Source: Eledone cirrhosa
Lineage: Eukaryota
DNA length: 64,000 nt
NCBI GenBank assembly: GCA_964016885.1
Contig: OZ024751.1
Span: 50,034,001 to 50,098,000 of the forward strand
Reading direction: 5' to 3'
Shown: positions 60,486 to 64,000 of the stretch, piece by piece
Layout: every line of letters begins with the position of its first letter
Position numbering within the stretch: the first letter of the stretch is position 1
Position numbers and translations under genes: made by a program
Notes under the pieces: generated by a model
The model's database searches: none
What the model was told of the DNA's origin: nothing
The model's input: the letters and a program-made list of their open reading frames with translations, nothing else

Positions 60486-62020
60486 CCCTCAGAGAATTGC
60501 AACAAAACGAATGGGTATCGCAAGATAATTTTCCACTTACTGGTTTATTTTGTCAATTCAATTTTCTAGGTCAATGATTTCATAGGTTACATCGATCGAC
60601 TGACATCCTGGCCATTACCGTACAATATATATTGCCAGGTGTATTGTATCGTTGTACGCATGACCTAATGTACACTTGCGATTTCTTAAAGGTCGATTTA
60701 GCCTTTGATCTATTAGGTTTCGATCAGTTAGGTACCTTTCAAATCCTGTTGATTAATATATACGCTGGGTGTTGTAAAGAAACCACAATCTCTTTGATCT
60801 AATAATTGTTGATTCTAACATTCACATCTCCATTTCATCTCAGTCTGAATTTCAGTACGACGTGATCGCGTTTCTCTTTAGTAATAACCCATCACCTTAG
60901 TGTTCTCGCCTTATCTCCATAAATCTTATTTAATAAGTAAGCAAACGAAGAACATGTGTTCGTCTCTGTCTAATCTGCTAGAAATAGCAATAGAATCTCC
61001 CTAGAACTACACCAGCCGAGGTATGAATTGGATAATGCATACACAGTTCCAGAAGGAAAGACTATGAGACCATAAGTATAATAAACGTTGGACATACATC
61101 TGTCAGCTTTATAATAAGGTTAATATGGGACCAAAAAGCAACTATACTCTTCTATAAAATATATCACGGGAAACAAACTCGTAGACAATGTTTTTTCATA
61201 CCCAAAATAAAATGACATTTTGGATTGTGTGAAACTATAAAGAAGAGTTTGTTGTGATTGTAAGTCGAATATCAGCGCTGGTCTGAGATGTAACATCATC
61301 ATGAACAACAACAACAATAACAGCAACAGCAGCAACAACAGCAACAGTGGAGGCAGCAGCAGCTATAGCAGCAATAAAGAATCACTGATCGAAATTGATA
61401 TTCAATCTTTGTGTTAAATTAAATAAATGAAGAACAAGAATTGGGTGTCGGAATCGTCTTTGCATTCACTCCCAAAATTGAGCCGCCATAAATGATTATT
61501 TCTTAGTTTGTAAGAAGCTCTAGGGATAGTTGGACGGCAAAAGGGACTCCAGAAAAGAATACCACCACCGAATGGGTTTCGTCTTTTATATCCTTGCAAT
61601 GTAAGGAAGCCGCACCACATCCCGGACATAACTCTTAAGTACCCTTACGCTGAAAACTTTAACCATTTGGCTACCTGAGACAAGTTATGTATAGAATAAT
61701 TAAGCCGTATGAATATCACTTCTCTTCCCCTTCGATTAGATACAGCTGGGACTCATTTTTTTTTTTTTGCATCTATTAGTGTTTCTAGGACATTGGTCCT
61801 CTACCCACCTCTAAACAATGAGAGTTACTTTTGAGATTATCTTAAATTAGTGTCTGTCATAAATCTTGCAATAACTTATGTCAATGTTCTTTACATAACT
61901 GCTTTCTTTGCAGCTAACCTTCAACACTTAAAACTTAAGCTCTTGTTGTTGTTGTAGTTATTGGTGTTTTTGTTGTTGTTGGTGGTGTGTTTATTTTTTA
62001 TCAGTAGACAAAAAATAAAA

Positions 62021-62126
<106 letters not shown>

Positions 62127-62172
62127 GTATATACATATATATGTATATATATATATATATATATGTGTGTGT

Positions 62173-62223
<51 letters not shown>

Positions 62224-62353
62224 CAGCGAGTGAAAGATGTCAAACTTATCAACCAGAAATCTATTAGTGGAATGAAGTACGTGTGTATGTGTAAGTCATT
62301 GTGTTTAGAGTGTCTGTATGTATGTATGTATCTATCTATCTGTATATATATGT

Positions 62354-62408
<55 letters not shown>

Positions 62409-62466
62409 GTACGTATGTATGTACGTACGTTTGTATGTATTTATCTATCTATCTCTATATATATGT

Positions 62467-62513
<47 letters not shown>

Positions 62514-63019
62514 GTACGTATGTATGTACGTACGTATGTATGTATGTGTTTATATGGCTGTTTGCAGTTCCGTAGATCTGTGTGTATATGTATGAGAGTA
62601 TATATGTCTGTTTGTGTATGTGCTGAGTAGGATGATTCCATGTATGTGTATGTGTGCATATGTGTGTGCGCATGTGTGTATGGAGAAAAGTTATTATGTA
62701 TAGGCATATATATGTCTTCCTGTTTACAATTTCCTGAATAGGTGTATATATATGTTTTAAACTCATATAATCAAATATATGTATACACGTTAGTATATGT
62801 ATGCCCGTGTGCATATATTTCTACGTATAAATATATGTGTGTATATATATATGTGTATATATATATGAATGTATCCATGTATTTAAGTGCTTACATATAT
62901 GTGTATGCATAACTGTATGTATGTACGTATGTATATGTGTGTGTGTGCGTGTGTATATGATTGTGTCCATGTATATAAGCGCTTATGTATGTGTATATGC
63001 ATAAGTGTATGTATAAATG

Positions 63020-63050
<31 letters not shown>

Positions 63051-63262
63051 TTGTGTGTGTGTGTGTGCTGATATATGTACGCGTGTTTCCAGACCATCTA
63101 ATAGATTTCCACAGATGCAGATATAACCTTTAAAACATAGATGTGTTAGGCTAATGGAAAATTGCAAATGATAGGAGCAATCATTTTGGTGGAGATAGTG
63201 GTAGGGGGGCAGTGGTGGTGGAGGTAGTGGTGGTGGCCGTCGTCGTCGTCGTTGCCGTCGTC

Positions 63263-63385
63263 GAGAAGAAGAAGAAGAAGAAGAAGAAGAAGAAGAAGAA
63301 GAAGAAGAAGAAGAAGAAGAAGAAGAAGAAGAAGAAGAAGAAGAAGAAGAAGAAGAAGAAGAAGAAGAAGAAGAAGAAGAAGAAG
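63263..63385. repeat. (GAA)n microsatellite, about 41 units
   Basis: Read directly from the sequence. Confidence 0.97.
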
Positions 63386-63638
63386 ATCTGGTCCTGTGTG
63401 TGCATACCTACAATAAAAAAAATATATATATGGCGTCCCTACCCCTCAGTTCCACTTTCCCCGTCTGCAGTTCTGTGTTCTGTTTACATGCCAACACAAG
63501 GGCAAGAATGAAGTGTTCTTTCTACTGACAAGGCTTTAAAAATAAGGCTTGTTTGCATAAATGCAAACGAATCGAATGTTATTATTAATATTCGAAAACC
63601 TCAGATTACATTTATTGTATTCAGCCATGTAGAGCGAA

Positions 63639-63716
<78 letters not shown>

Positions 63717-63762
63717 ATAATTTTCAATGTGAAGACTAAAATCCGAAGAGGCCTCGATAAGG

Positions 63763-63810
<48 letters not shown>

Positions 63811-63812
<2 letters not shown>

Positions 63813-63945
63813 AACAAGTAAGACCCGACGGCTGAGCTCAGCCGTCGGGGACTTACTTGTTCCTATTACCCACTCTACTACCCTAAGTATTGAGTACTTT
63901 GGTGCGTTATGTTCCACCTGGTTCCTTACCACATTTCCTTCGTAA
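63811..63945. mobile_element. Short relative of the 50160 element with a terminal hairpin, between (TA)n tracts
   Basis: Homologous to 50339-50450 on the opposite strand; palindrome at 63808-63866. Confidence 0.65.
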
Positions 63946-63974
63946 TATATATATATATATCTATATATATTGTG

Positions 63975-64000
63975 AAGGCGTGTGGCCGAGTGGTTAGAGA
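63975..64000 (+). mobile_element. Start of a tRNA-derived SINE (cut by window edge)
   Basis: Box A-like tggccgagtggttag. Confidence 0.45.

Noticed and set aside
63740-63766. CCGAAGA hammerhead start
   Set aside because: Cut by (TA)n before any GAAA; cannot be supported.

Overview
Repeat-dense, AT-rich animal genomic DNA. The SINE family and the microsatellite load suggest an octopus-like cephalopod (inference). No host gene could be supported. Bases 1-17919 hold three head-to-tail, near-identical, intact ~6.03 kb L1/Tx1-type non-LTR retrotransposons (ORF1 with CCHC knuckle; ORF2 APE endonuclease-RT-CCHC), separated only by ~40 bp of (ATT)n. A fourth, decayed copy lies at 20819-26848, also in (ATT)n. 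A sibling Tx1 family with the same 3' signal sits in (TATC)n at 42.6-43.9 kb, and R4/Dong-like fragments sit in (TAA)n. From 27 to 64 kb, Penelope-like elements (PLEs) and their non-coding derivatives lie against (TA)n tracts. They include a 4.4 kb palindrome with GIY-YIG coding arms, an RT+GIY-YIG element with an inverted terminal copy, and several 0.15-0.7 kb fold-back elements. About a dozen minimal type I hammerhead ribozyme motifs were read directly from the sequence, some with non-canonical cores. tRNA-derived SINEs and a 200-N gap are also present. All structures were parsed by eye; nothing was computed or searched.
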